Shown: piece by piece, positions 47,752 to 57,418 of the stretch
Layout: the number at the start of each line of letters is the position of its first letter
How positions within the stretch are numbered: the first letter of the stretch is position 1
Assembly (NCBI GenBank): GCA_964455085.1
Contig: CAYVYJ010000002.1
Coordinates: forward strand, 8,194 to 72,193
DNA length: 64,000 bases
Direction of reading: 5' to 3'
Origin: an uncultured Planctomycetia bacterium
GTDB taxonomy: Bacteria > Omnitrophota > Gorgyraeia > Duberdicusellales > 4484-171
The notes under the pieces: generated by a model
What the model saw: the letters and a program-made list of their open reading frames with translations, nothing else
What the model was told of the DNA's origin: nothing
Databases searched by the model: none
Program-made: the position numbers and the translations under genes

Positions 47752-48660
47752 ATGGATGTAAATTCTCTCCTAAAGTTACCCTTACCAGAGTTACTGGCTT
47801 TAGCTAATAAGGTTCGAGAAGATTATTTCGGTTCTAAGCTTGAATTATGCAGCATTATAAATGCTAAATCCGGTTATTGTAGCCAAGATTGTAAGTTCTG
47901 CGCTCAGTCAACCCATCACTCTGCTGATATATCTACCTATTCCTTAAGAAGAAAAGAAGAAATTGTAAGGGCTGCTAAAAAGGCAAAGGATATTGGAGCT
48001 GAGAAGTTCGGTATTGTAACTAGCGGAAATTGTCTTGCCGCTAGAGAGTTAGAGGAAATAATTTTAGCAATCTCTTCAATAAGAAAAAAAGTCGGCATTG
48101 TTGTCTGCGCTTCTTTAGGAGCTTTAAGCGAGGGTGAGCTAAAGAGATTAAAAGAAGCCGGCCTCATTCGTTATCATCATAACATTGAAACCTCTCGACG
48201 ATTTTACAAACAAATTGTCTCAACCCATGAGTTTGGCCAGAGAGTTGATACAATAAAAGCTGCCAAAGCAGTTGGCTTAGAGGTCTGTAGCGGCGGAATA
48301 ATCGGGATGGGTGAGACCTGGGGAGATAGAATTGATATGGCTTATACTTTAGGAGAGTTAGATGTAGATTCAGTGCCGATAAACATTTTAGTTCCGATAA
48401 AAGGAACTTCTTTGGAGAATTTAAAGCCAATTTCTTGTAATGATGTTATTAGAACTTTAGCTATTTTTAGAGTAATTTTAAAAGATAAACTTATAAAGAT
48501 AGCAGCCGGAAGAGAGAGCGCTTTAGGAGATTTTCAGGGTTTAGGTTTTATGGCTGGCGCTAATGGAATGCTTATCGGAGGCTATTTAACCATTAAGGGA
48601 AGAGAGCTCGAGGCTGACTATAAGCTTATAGAAGAAGTAAAAAAAATATGGGGCGGATAG
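47752..48660 (+). CDS. bioB: Biotin synthase (radical SAM)
   Basis: CSQDCKFC = CxxxCxxC; start taken as ATG 47752 (MDVNSLLKL..) because the track's longer N-terminus overlaps the regulatory repeats. Confidence 0.9.
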   Translation: MDVNSLLKLPLPELLALANKVREDYFGSKLELCSIINAKSGYCSQDCKFCAQSTHHSADISTYSLRRKEEIVRAAKKAKDIGAEKFGIVTSGNCLAARELEEIILAISSIRKKVGIVVCASLGALSEGELKRLKEAGLIRYHHNIETSRRFYKQIVSTHEFGQRVDTIKAAKAVGLEVCSGGIIGMGETWGDRIDMAYTLGELDVDSVPINILVPIKGTSLENLKPISCNDVIRTLAIFRVILKDKLIKIAAGRESALGDFQGLGFMAGANGMLIGGYLTIKGRELEADYKLIEEVKKIWGG

Positions 48661-49787
48661 AAGAATTCTTAAAGCAAAGGCAAGAAGCTAATCTACTCAG
48701 AGTCCTAAAGCCGGCAACTTCCCGGGGCCAGGGTTTAAGGTTCTCAGAGGAGAGAGAATTTATTGATTTATCTTCTAATGATTACTTAGGCTTTTCAACC
48801 CATCCTAAACTAAAACAAGCTTCCAAAGCGGCAGTAGATAGATTAGGTGTAGGCTCATCAGCTTCTCGGCTCCTGAGCGGAGATTTAGATATTTTTCATC
48901 AGTTAGAGGAGGAAACAGCTAAATTTAAAGGTAAAGAAAAAGCCTTAATTTTTAACTCTGGTTACCAAGCTAATGTCGGTATAATCAGTGCTTTTTGTAG
49001 CCGCGGTGATGTTATTTTCTCGGATAAGCTAAATCATGCCAGTATAATCGACGGCATAGTCTTATCCGGGGCAAAGTTTTTCCGTTTCTCACATTGTGAC
49101 TTAAACCACTTAGAGCAACTATTAAAAGAACAGAGAGATAAGTTCAAGCAAGCCTTAATAATAACCGAGAGTGTATTTAGTATGGATGGCGATAAGCCAG
49201 CATTAGGAGAATTAGTTAGCTTGAAAGAAAGATATAATTGTAAATTAATGGTAGATGAGGCTCACGCAACCGGCATATTTGGCAAAAGTGGGGCTGGTGT
49301 AGTTGAAGAAGAAGGGGTGACTAAGAAGATCGATTTAATAATGGGAACTTTTAGCAAGGCCCTGGGGAGTTTTGGTGGTTATGTTGCTTGTTCGAAAGTT
49401 TTAGTTGATTACTTAATAAATACTGCTAGAAGTTTTATCTACTCTACTGCTCTTCCACCTTCGGTAATTGCAACTAATTTAGCTAGCTTAGAATTAGTAG
49501 CAGAGGAGCCAGAACGCAGAAGAGACCTGATCAATAATGCGGATTATTTTCGCATGAATTTAAAAGAAGCAGGATTTAAAATAAAAGGTTCATCTCAGAT
49601 AGTGCCGTTGATTGTTTTTGATAACCAGAAAGTGATTAAGGCCAGTCAAGAGTTGCAGAGAAAAGGTTATTGGGTTCTCCCGATACGGCCGCCTACTGTG
49701 CCGCCAGGAGAATCTCGGTTAAGATTTTCACTGACCATTAATCATTCAAAAGAAATATTAAAAAAACTGATTAAAGACTTATGCTAG
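48648..49787 (+). CDS. bioF: 8-amino-7-oxononanoate synthase
   Basis: Class II aminotransferase fold with PLP-lysine GTFSKALG. Confidence 0.85.
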   Translation: MGRIEEFLKQRQEANLLRVLKPATSRGQGLRFSEEREFIDLSSNDYLGFSTHPKLKQASKAAVDRLGVGSSASRLLSGDLDIFHQLEEETAKFKGKEKALIFNSGYQANVGIISAFCSRGDVIFSDKLNHASIIDGIVLSGAKFFRFSHCDLNHLEQLLKEQRDKFKQALIITESVFSMDGDKPALGELVSLKERYNCKLMVDEAHATGIFGKSGAGVVEEEGVTKKIDLIMGTFSKALGSFGGYVACSKVLVDYLINTARSFIYSTALPPSVIATNLASLELVAEEPERRRDLINNADYFRMNLKEAGFKIKGSSQIVPLIVFDNQKVIKASQELQRKGYWVLPIRPPTVPPGESRLRFSLTINHSKEILKKLIKDLC

Positions 49788-50461
49788 ACCTGAGTTTTAA
49801 ATATTTAGACCGAGGAAACAATAATACGATTGCACTTATCCCAGGCTGGGCTACTGATTATAAGATTTTTGGCTCATTAAATCTAAAATTTAATTATTTA
49901 TTACCTCTTAATCTTTCTCCTCCTACCTTTGAGAACAGTATTCTTAATGCTTTGAAAGAGAAGTGGATAGAGAGGATTTCTTTATTGGGTTGGTCTTTAG
50001 GTGGATTTTTAGCAGCTGAGTTTGCCATAAAATATCCTGAGTTAGTAAATGAACTTATCTTAGTAAGTATCAGAAAAAAATACCAACCAGAGGAGATAGC
50101 GGGTATAAAAGAACTACTCAAGAAGAGTAAGAGAGGTTATCTTTATAAGTTCTATACCCAGTGTTTCACTGACCCGGTGAGTTTAAGCTGGTTTAAGAGA
50201 AACTTACTTAAAACTTACTGTGAGAAGTTTGATTTAGAATATTTACTTAAAACTTTAGACTATTTAGCAAAATCTCAGATAAAGACTCAAGAGTTGGCTG
50301 GAATCGGGAGGGTAAGAATAATCCATGGAGAGCATGACAGGATAGCACCTATTGCTGAGGCAAGAGAAGTCCAATCTGCTATAACCGGCGCTGAGCTGAT
50401 AGCTATTAAAAATTGCGGTCATATTCCTTTTTTAGAAGCTGATTTAGGTAGCTATATATGA
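49781..50461 (+). CDS. bioH: Pimeloyl-ACP methyl ester esterase (BioH-like alpha/beta hydrolase)
   Basis: GWSLGG nucleophile elbow, 226 aa, sits between bioF and bioC. Confidence 0.7.
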   Translation: MLDLSFKYLDRGNNNTIALIPGWATDYKIFGSLNLKFNYLLPLNLSPPTFENSILNALKEKWIERISLLGWSLGGFLAAEFAIKYPELVNELILVSIRKKYQPEEIAGIKELLKKSKRGYLYKFYTQCFTDPVSLSWFKRNLLKTYCEKFDLEYLLKTLDYLAKSQIKTQELAGIGRVRIIHGEHDRIAPIAEAREVQSAITGAELIAIKNCGHIPFLEADLGSYI

Positions 50462-51225
50462 TAGATAAAAAAATAATCGAAGCAAACTTCTCAAAGCATG
50501 CCCGGGATTATGATCAGCATTCAAGGGTTCAGAACCTTTGTGCTGCTATACTGATTAAAGAAGTTAATAGCGATGGTTTCGCTAGTATTTTAGATATCGG
50601 CTGCGGAACCGGAAATTATACTATGCTTCTTAAGAATAAATTTCCCCAAGCTAAGATAAAAGCTGTAGATATATCAGCTGAGATGATTGAAGTTGCCAAA
50701 GACAAGCTAGAGAGGAGGCAAGTCGAATTCATTGTTGCTGATGCTGAAAACCTTAATCTTAAAGAGAAGTTTGATCTTATAAGTTCCAATGCTAGTTTTC
50801 AGTGGTTTCAAGATTTAGAATCAGACTTAATAAGATACAAGGAAGTTCTTAATGAGGGAGGTTTTATTTTATTCTCTACTTTTGGGCCCAAGACTTTTTC
50901 CCAATTGCATAGTTGTCTAGAGGAGTTTCTCAATAAGTCTCTTTCGATAAGTGCCGCCAATTTCCTAAAACAGGAAGAAGTAGCGAAGATATTAAAAAAT
51001 ATTTTTAGTGAGGTCCAAGTAAAAGAAGAGATTTATAATCAAAATTATAACTCATTATTAGAGTTATTAGAAAGCGTAAGATGTACCGGGACAAGGGGTG
51101 ACAGCTTAAGAGGAGAAATCTTCTGGACTCCTAGAACAATAACCTCAATAGAGGAGATTTATAAGAAGAGATTTAAAAATATAGTAGCTACTTATCAGAT
51201 GTTCTTTTGCCGGGGCATTAAATAG
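50458..51225 (+). CDS. bioC: Malonyl-ACP O-methyltransferase
   Basis: SAM motif LDIGCGTGNYT, typical BioC N-terminus (FSKHARDYDQHSRVQ). Confidence 0.8.
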   Translation: MIDKKIIEANFSKHARDYDQHSRVQNLCAAILIKEVNSDGFASILDIGCGTGNYTMLLKNKFPQAKIKAVDISAEMIEVAKDKLERRQVEFIVADAENLNLKEKFDLISSNASFQWFQDLESDLIRYKEVLNEGGFILFSTFGPKTFSQLHSCLEEFLNKSLSISAANFLKQEEVAKILKNIFSEVQVKEEIYNQNYNSLLELLESVRCTGTRGDSLRGEIFWTPRTITSIEEIYKKRFKNIVATYQMFFCRGIK

Positions 51226-51236
51226 TGGGCAAGCAG

Positions 51237-51314
51237 CCGGTTGAGGCTTAGCCTCAACCGCAAAAGCACGGAAAAGCTACAGAGCGGCCCGGTTGAGGCT
51301 AAGCCTCAACCGCA
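51237..51314 (+). repeat. Two tandem 26-nt palindromic hairpin repeats (CCGGTTGAGGCTTAGCCTCAACCGCA / ...CTAAG...) between bioC and bioD
   Basis: Each forms a 10-bp GC-rich stem with a 3-nt loop (TTA / TAA); neither is followed by a T-tract. Confidence 0.7.
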
Positions 51315-51330
51315 CTGTTGGAGATAAGAG

Positions 51331-52023
51331 ATGAGAGGGATTTTTGTTACTGGGACAGATACCGGAGTAGGTAAAACTATTGTAACCGGATTGCTGGCTA
51401 AGTTCTTAGATGATCAGGGCTATAAAGTCATAACTCAGAAGTGGGTTGAGACCGGCTCTTTAGGATTTTCTAAAGATGTTAGTCTTCATTTAAAGTTAAT
51501 CAATAAAAAGAAGCACAAGCTACGAGATCACCTATCGAATATTTCGCCTTATACCTTTAAATTCCCCTCTTCGCCTCATCTGGCCTCAAGCTTGGAGAGG
51601 AGAAAGATAAGTATAGAGAGGATAAAAAGGAGTTTTAAGTATTTAGAAAAAGTTTTTGATTTTGTAGTAGTTGAAGGAGTAGGCGGAGCCTTAGTCCCTT
51701 TGAATAAGAGGAAATTAGTAATAGATCTAGCTAAGGAACTAAATCTTCCGGTATTGGTTGTAGTTGGCAATAAGTTAGGAGCGATTAATCATACCCTTCT
51801 TACCATTGAAGCTCTTAAGGTCAGAAAGATGAAAATAGCCGGAGTTGTATTTAATAATTTAAAGGATAAAGCAAGCAATATAATTCTAAAAGATAATCCC
51901 AAGATAATAGAAGCAATAAGTGGTAAGAAGTCTTCAGGGAGCCTGCCTTGGACTAAAGATAAAGATATACTGCATAAGAGCTTTAAGAAAATAGGCAAAA
52001 AGATATTGTCTAATTTAAAATAA
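51331..52023 (+). CDS. bioD: Dethiobiotin synthetase
   Basis: P-loop GTDTGVGKT. Confidence 0.9.
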   Translation: MRGIFVTGTDTGVGKTIVTGLLAKFLDDQGYKVITQKWVETGSLGFSKDVSLHLKLINKKKHKLRDHLSNISPYTFKFPSSPHLASSLERRKISIERIKRSFKYLEKVFDFVVVEGVGGALVPLNKRKLVIDLAKELNLPVLVVVGNKLGAINHTLLTIEALKVRKMKIAGVVFNNLKDKASNIILKDNPKIIEAISGKKSSGSLPWTKDKDILHKSFKKIGKKILSNLK

Positions 52024-52033
52024 AGATTAAAGA

Positions 52034-53374
52034 ATGAATAATTGGATTAAAAAAGACCTAAAATACATCTGGCACCCTTATACTCAAGCCAAGGACTGTA
52101 AGAGGCTTCCTCCGATTCTGATCGAGAGAGCCAAGGGGATAAAGCTCTATGATAATCAGGGAAATTGTTATTATGATACTATATCCAGCTGGTGGTGTAA
52201 TATCCATGGCCATAACCACCCAGAGATAAATAAGGCTATTAGAAATCAGCTAAATTCCTTGGAACATGTTTTATTTGCCGGTTTTACCCATAAGCCGGCA
52301 ATTAAATTAGCCGAGCAACTGGTTACAATCACCCCGGATAATTTAACTAAAGTTTTCTTCTCTGATAATGGTTCAACAGCAGTTGAGGTGGCATTGAAGA
52401 TGTCATTTCAATATTGGCAGAATATCGGCAGGAAGAAAAAGACAAAATTCCTATCCTTAGACTCTGCTTATCATGGTGATACTGTGGGTGCTATGAGTGT
52501 GAGTGGAGTAGGCTTATTTAATCAGGTCTTCTCACCTTTATTCTTCAGGAGCTTTAAAGCTCCTTCGCCTTATTGCTATAGGTGTCCGGTAGGTAAGTGT
52601 AAGTCTACTTGTAATATTGAGTGCATAAACTCTCTAGAGGTTATTTTAAAGAAAAAAAGTAAAGAAATTGCTGCTTTGATTTTAGAGCCAATGGTAATGG
52701 CTGCCGGAGGCATGATTATTTATTCTCACTCTTATCTTAAGAGGGCTGCTCAGCTGGCTAAGAAGTATAATATTCATTTAATCTTAGATGAAGTTGCCAG
52801 CGGTTTTGGCCGAACCGGAAAAATGTTTGCCTGTGAGCATGCAAGAGTTAAGCCGGACTTTATCTGCCTCTCCAAAGGCATAACTTCTGGCTATCTTCCC
52901 TTTGCAGCAACTCTAACTACTAATAAAATCTACAATCGGTTTTATGCCGATTATGAAAAAAGGAAGACTTTTTACCACGGCCATACCTATACAGCTAATC
53001 CTATTTCTTGTGCTATAGCTTTAGCTAGTTTAAAGGTATATGAGCAGGAGCATACTCTAGGAAAGATCAATAAACTTATTCCCCTATTTCATAAAAAATT
53101 AGAAGCTTTTAAGGATCTTCCTTTAGTCGGCGATGTAAGATGTATAGGTATGATTGGGGCAATAGAGTTAGTAAAGAATAAGCAGACAAAAGAGCCTTTT
53201 GGGTTAAGGGAGAGGATAGGCTTGGAAGTTTACAGAAAAGGATTAGGAGAAGGGCTGATCTTGCGCCCCTTAGGCAGTATTGTCTATTTTTTCCTACCCC
53301 TATGCATAAAGAGAGGTCAGATCATTGAGGTTTTAGATAAGACCTACCGGATTATTAAAAGTTTAAAAAAATAG
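52034..53374 (+). CDS. bioA: Adenosylmethionine-8-amino-7-oxononanoate aminotransferase
   Basis: Class III aminotransferase, 446 aa, bio-operon context. Confidence 0.85.
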   Translation: MNNWIKKDLKYIWHPYTQAKDCKRLPPILIERAKGIKLYDNQGNCYYDTISSWWCNIHGHNHPEINKAIRNQLNSLEHVLFAGFTHKPAIKLAEQLVTITPDNLTKVFFSDNGSTAVEVALKMSFQYWQNIGRKKKTKFLSLDSAYHGDTVGAMSVSGVGLFNQVFSPLFFRSFKAPSPYCYRCPVGKCKSTCNIECINSLEVILKKKSKEIAALILEPMVMAAGGMIIYSHSYLKRAAQLAKKYNIHLILDEVASGFGRTGKMFACEHARVKPDFICLSKGITSGYLPFAATLTTNKIYNRFYADYEKRKTFYHGHTYTANPISCAIALASLKVYEQEHTLGKINKLIPLFHKKLEAFKDLPLVGDVRCIGMIGAIELVKNKQTKEPFGLRERIGLEVYRKGLGEGLILRPLGSIVYFFLPLCIKRGQIIEVLDKTYRIIKSLKK

Positions 53375-53375
53375 A

Positions 53376-53419
53376 TTGACAGGACTTTTATTTTAGCTAT
53401 AATTGATTTTGAATTTCAA
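53376..53419 (+). promoter_or_regulatory. Sigma70 promoter (TTGACA-16-TATAAT) overlapped by a palindromic box TTGATTTtgaATTTCAA
   Basis: -35 53376-53381, -10 53398-53403, box 53403-53419 directly upstream of the Fur-family gene. Confidence 0.55.
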
Positions 53420-53436
53420 TATCAAGTGAGAAAGAT

Positions 53437-53886
53437 ATGGTGGAAGAAAAAGCGATATTTATTGATTTTTTAAGGAAAAAAGGGTTAAAGCTTACCCAGC
53501 AGAGGGAAGTAGTTTTAGAGACTTTTTTAAAGATTGAAAAGCACCTTAGCACTGAAGACCTTTATAAGCTTATCAAGAGGAGGAGTCCCGATATCGGCCA
53601 GGCTACAGTTTTTCGCACCCTAAAGCTTTTAACTGCAGCAGGTATTGCTAAGGAAATTTATTTAGGCGATAAGCGAGTAAGATTTGAGCATAAGCATGGA
53701 CACCAGCACCACGATCATCTGGTTTGCACCAAGTGTTCGAAATTAATTGAAGCTGTAGATTCTAAAATCGAAAAATTACAAACCGAACTATGCCGGAGGT
53801 TCCAATTTACCCCTACAAGCCACCGGCTTCAGATATTCGGAATATGCAAACAGTGTAGGAAAGGAGGAAGTAGGAAGAAGAAGTAA
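53437..53886 (+). CDS. Fur-family metalloregulator (Fur/Zur/PerR type)
   Basis: N-terminal wHTH (TQQREVVLETFLK...), H-rich HKHGHQHHDH, CxxC...CxxC (CTKC...CKQC). Confidence 0.85.
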   Translation: MVEEKAIFIDFLRKKGLKLTQQREVVLETFLKIEKHLSTEDLYKLIKRRSPDIGQATVFRTLKLLTAAGIAKEIYLGDKRVRFEHKHGHQHHDHLVCTKCSKLIEAVDSKIEKLQTELCRRFQFTPTSHRLQIFGICKQCRKGGSRKKK

Positions 53887-53912
53887 CCGGGAAAATTTTT
53901 TTTAAAATATGA

Positions 53913-53929
53913 TTGAAATTGAATTTCAA
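53913..53929 (+). promoter_or_regulatory. Perfect 7-3-7 palindrome TTGAAATtgaATTTCAA upstream of the OMP gene (second copy of the Fur-family box)
   Basis: 15/17 identity to the box at 53403-53419. Confidence 0.5.
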
Positions 53930-53948
53930 AATCAATAAGGAGATAGCA

Positions 53949-54668
53949 ATGAGGATAAAAAGTTTATTTTTAACTGCCATGGCAGTATTTTTACTAACCG
54001 GAGTAAATACTTATGCTGATCAGAGAAGTTATGTTTGGACATATGAATATATGACTATGCCTAAAGGTAAAGCTGAGATAGAATACTATCACACAACTAA
54101 AATCCCTGACACTTCAGATGCTGATATTAACACTATGAAGCATCAGATAGAGTTTGAGTATGGGATTACTGACCATTGGGACCTGGCTCTTTATCAGCGC
54201 TTTGAGCAGAAGAATAACAAAAAGGAAGTAGACTTCACCTATGATGTCTTTAAGCTAAGGACGCGGTATCGTTTTGGTGAGAAGGGGCAATTTATAGTAG
54301 ACCCCCTACTTTATCTTGAATACATAAGGGATGTTAACTTTTCTAAGCCTAATGTTTTTGAGGCGAAAATAATCTTAGCAAAGGATATTGGGAATTTTAA
54401 TCTTGTTTATAACCAAATTTTCAAGCAAGAGGTTGAGAGAAGGGGCGCAACCGAATATGAGTATGCCTTCGGAGCTAACTATAGACTAAGCCCTAAGCTT
54501 TCAATAGGATTAGAGTCAAAAGGTAATTACACAGATAGAGAATTTTATTTAGGGCCAACTTTCTCTTATTCGAGGGATACGAATTGGGTTGCTTTTGGTA
54601 TTTTGCAGGCATTGAATTCCCAGAGTGATGATATCCAGACTCGGTTAATTTTTGGGATTCCTTTCTAA
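53949..54668 (+). CDS. Outer-membrane beta-barrel protein of unknown function (probably Fur-family regulated)
   Basis: ATG 53949 with AAGGAG RBS; signal peptide MRIKSLFLTAMAVFLLTGVNTYA; alternating beta-strand pattern; C-terminal ...IFGIPF (terminal Phe). Confidence 0.55.
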   Translation: MRIKSLFLTAMAVFLLTGVNTYADQRSYVWTYEYMTMPKGKAEIEYYHTTKIPDTSDADINTMKHQIEFEYGITDHWDLALYQRFEQKNNKKEVDFTYDVFKLRTRYRFGEKGQFIVDPLLYLEYIRDVNFSKPNVFEAKIILAKDIGNFNLVYNQIFKQEVERRGATEYEYAFGANYRLSPKLSIGLESKGNYTDREFYLGPTFSYSRDTNWVAFGILQALNSQSDDIQTRLIFGIPF

Positions 54669-54681
54669 GGGGTAGGAATTA

Positions 54682-56634
54682 ATGAATTTAAAAAAAATCT
54701 CCATTGTTGGCTCACCCAATGTCGGTAAGTCTTCAATTTTTAATAATTTAAGCGGCCGCTATGCTACGGTTTCAAATTATCCCGGGACTACCGTTGAGCT
54801 TTTTAAAGCAAAGATAAATATAGAGGGAGTTGAGTGCCAAATAGTAGATACCCCGGGAATGTATTCTTTGCTTCCCTTAAGTGAGGAAGAACGGATTGCC
54901 CGCTTGATTCTCTTTAAAGATAGTCCCGATCTGGTTATCCATGTTGGAGCGGCAAAAGATTTAGAGAGAACCTTACCCTTAACCTTACAACTCATCGAAG
55001 CCGGGTTCCCGGTTATTTTAGTCTTAAATATTATGGATGAGGCCAGGAAAGATGGCTTGGATATTAATGTCGATAAGTTAGAGAAGATATTGGGTATTCC
55101 GGTTGTTGCTACCGTCTCAGTAAGAGGAGAAGGGGTAAGAGAGTTGCGGCAGAGGATAGTACAAGCCTTAACTTTCCAAGATAAAGCAGCCAGTAAGAAA
55201 GAACCAATAATTAAATACACTCCGATTATTGAGGCCGCGGTTGAGAAAATAGCTTTGCAGCTGAAGAGGAGTTATTCTCTGGATAAAAACATCTTAAGTT
55301 TATTATTGTTAGAGGGGGATGAGGAGACCTATAGCTTGGTTAAGAGTAAGGAGGCGGAGAAGAGTTTAAGCGAAATTGAGAATATAAGAGATGCTCTTAA
55401 GAAGAAGCTGCCTCAGCCGGTAGAATATTTAATTAATTTAGCTTTAAGAAGAAAGGCCGAGGTAATTATAAAGAAGGTAGCTAGCCAGACTCAAAAAACC
55501 AGAAATTTTTCCCGTATTCTCGGCGACATAACCTTAAGGCCGGTAATTGGGATACCCTTACTTGGCTGTTTTCTTTATTTTGGTATCTATAAATTAGTTG
55601 GAGAGTTTGGAGCCGGAGTTTGCGTGGACTTTTTAGAAACTAAGATTTTCCAGGACCAGATTAACCCGTTTTTTACCTCTCTATTTGATAAACTTATTAC
55701 TTATCAGTGGCTTAAGTCGCTTTTTGTAGGAGAGTACGGGATAATTACCTTAGGTCTCCGTTACGCTATTGCCATAGTTCTTCCGATTGTAGGGATATTC
55801 TTCCTTGTATTTAGCTTTGCTGAAGATACTGGCTATCTGCCGCGGGTAGGGGTAATGCTTGATAGAGCTTTTAAAAAGATAGGGCTTAGCGGAAGGGCTG
55901 TTATCCCGATTATCTTAGGCCTCGGTTGTGATACTATGGCTACCATGGTTACCAGGATTTTACCCAGCAGGAGAGAAAGAGTTATTGCTACTCTCCTGCT
56001 TTCATTGAGTGTGCCTTGTTCAGCCCAATTAGGGGTTATAATGGCTGTGCTTTCCAAAGAGACTAGCGCCTTAGTTTTATGGTTTTTAGTTATTTCGGCA
56101 GTATTTGCAACTACTGGATTTTTGCTTAATAAAGTTCTTAAAGGCAAACGTCCTTCTTTTCATATCGAGCTTCCTCCTTTGCGTATACCCCGGTTGAGTA
56201 ATATTTTTACTAAAACTTACACCAGGTTAAAGTGGTACTTTAAAGAAGTTTTGCCGATATTCATCTGGGCCAGTGTGTTAATCTGGCTTGGTCAAATCAC
56301 TAAGATCTTTGAGGTCATAGTTTCTATTTTAGCTCATCCGGTAAAAGCTATCGGTTTACCTTTAGATATGGCTAAGATTTTTTTATTTGGGTTTTTCAGG
56401 AGAGATTACGGTGCAGCCGGACTCTACGATCTGGAAAAACAAGGGTTACTTTCAACCAGAGAATTAATAGTTGCCGCAGTAGTGCTAACCCTGTTTTTGC
56501 CCTGTATCGCCCAGTTCTTAATGAACCTAAAAGAGAGGGGGGTAAAGTTTGCTTTAGGGATAGCGGGATTTATCTTGTTTTTCTCATTTTCAGTGGGTTT
56601 TGTTTTGAATAAGATATTAATAATTTGGGGGTGA
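54682..56634 (+). CDS. feoB: Ferrous iron transporter FeoB
   Basis: N-terminal G-domain (ISIVGSPNVGKSS, DTPG), followed by gate and membrane domains. Confidence 0.9.
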   Translation: MNLKKISIVGSPNVGKSSIFNNLSGRYATVSNYPGTTVELFKAKINIEGVECQIVDTPGMYSLLPLSEEERIARLILFKDSPDLVIHVGAAKDLERTLPLTLQLIEAGFPVILVLNIMDEARKDGLDINVDKLEKILGIPVVATVSVRGEGVRELRQRIVQALTFQDKAASKKEPIIKYTPIIEAAVEKIALQLKRSYSLDKNILSLLLLEGDEETYSLVKSKEAEKSLSEIENIRDALKKKLPQPVEYLINLALRRKAEVIIKKVASQTQKTRNFSRILGDITLRPVIGIPLLGCFLYFGIYKLVGEFGAGVCVDFLETKIFQDQINPFFTSLFDKLITYQWLKSLFVGEYGIITLGLRYAIAIVLPIVGIFFLVFSFAEDTGYLPRVGVMLDRAFKKIGLSGRAVIPIILGLGCDTMATMVTRILPSRRERVIATLLLSLSVPCSAQLGVIMAVLSKETSALVLWFLVISAVFATTGFLLNKVLKGKRPSFHIELPPLRIPRLSNIFTKTYTRLKWYFKEVLPIFIWASVLIWLGQITKIFEVIVSILAHPVKAIGLPLDMAKIFLFGFFRRDYGAAGLYDLEKQGLLSTRELIVAAVVLTLFLPCIAQFLMNLKERGVKFALGIAGFILFFSFSVGFVLNKILIIWG

Positions 56635-56640
56635 GTTAGG

Positions 56641-57288
56641 ATGTATAAATTATCAGATGCCGAGGAAGAAATCTTGGAATCTCTTTGGATTGAGATTGAA
56701 GAGAACAAAGACAAACCAAACACCAGGGTCTTAAAAGACGAGTCAGCTTTCCAGGAATTAATCGAAAAAGGGCTAATTGATACCAGCAAGCGAGAACTTT
56801 TTACCAAAGAAGGTTTAAAGGAAGCTAAGGGTTGTGTTCGCCGGCACCGCTTAGCGGAAAGGCTGGTGGCCGACGTCTTAGACGTAAAAGACCCATTAAT
56901 GCATGAGGCAAGCTGCAAGCTTGAACACGGTCTTCACTATGGTTTAGAGGATAATGTTTGTACACTCCTGGGGCATCCTAGGGTTTGTCCTCATAGAAAA
57001 CCGATCCCGGCTGGTGATTGCTGCAGAGATTTTAAGAAAACCCCTCAGCGGATAATTGTTACCTTGCATGAGATGGTTGTTGGCAGTAGCGGTAAAATAA
57101 GCTATTTAAATACTCACGACAATGAAATATTAAAAAAGTTAATTTCAATGGGTATCTTGCCTGGGAATAAGATAAAACTGCTTCATCGCTTTCCTTCCTT
57201 TGTCTTTGAGATGGACAATTCCTCTTTTGCTGTGGATAAGGATCTGGCTTCAAATATCCACGTCCTTTTATTAAAAGAGGAAGAGTAA
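56641..57288 (+). CDS. DtxR/MntR-family metal-dependent regulator fused to a C-terminal FeoA (SH3-like) domain
   Basis: RRHRLAERLVADVL dimerisation/metal-binding region; C-terminal VTLHEMVVGSSGKISYL...MGILPGNKIKLLHR FeoA fold. Confidence 0.75.
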   Translation: MYKLSDAEEEILESLWIEIEENKDKPNTRVLKDESAFQELIEKGLIDTSKRELFTKEGLKEAKGCVRRHRLAERLVADVLDVKDPLMHEASCKLEHGLHYGLEDNVCTLLGHPRVCPHRKPIPAGDCCRDFKKTPQRIIVTLHEMVVGSSGKISYLNTHDNEILKKLISMGILPGNKIKLLHRFPSFVFEMDNSSFAVDKDLASNIHVLLLKEEE

Positions 57289-57350
57289 GGATATTATAGG
57301 TCTAGCCTCCTTAATTGGCTCCTTTTTTGCTTTCCCCAAAATTTAATTTT

Positions 57351-57361
57351 TGTGCTATAAT
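57351..57361 (+). promoter_or_regulatory. Extended -10 promoter TGTGCTATAAT
   Basis: TTTTGTGCTATAAT at 57348-57361; an identical 14-mer recurs at 57823-57836. Confidence 0.5.
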
Positions 57362-57418
57362 AAATTAAATAATTGAGTTTGACCCTGTAAGAGGCGGAGA
57401 AATTCCAGGAGGTGAGGT

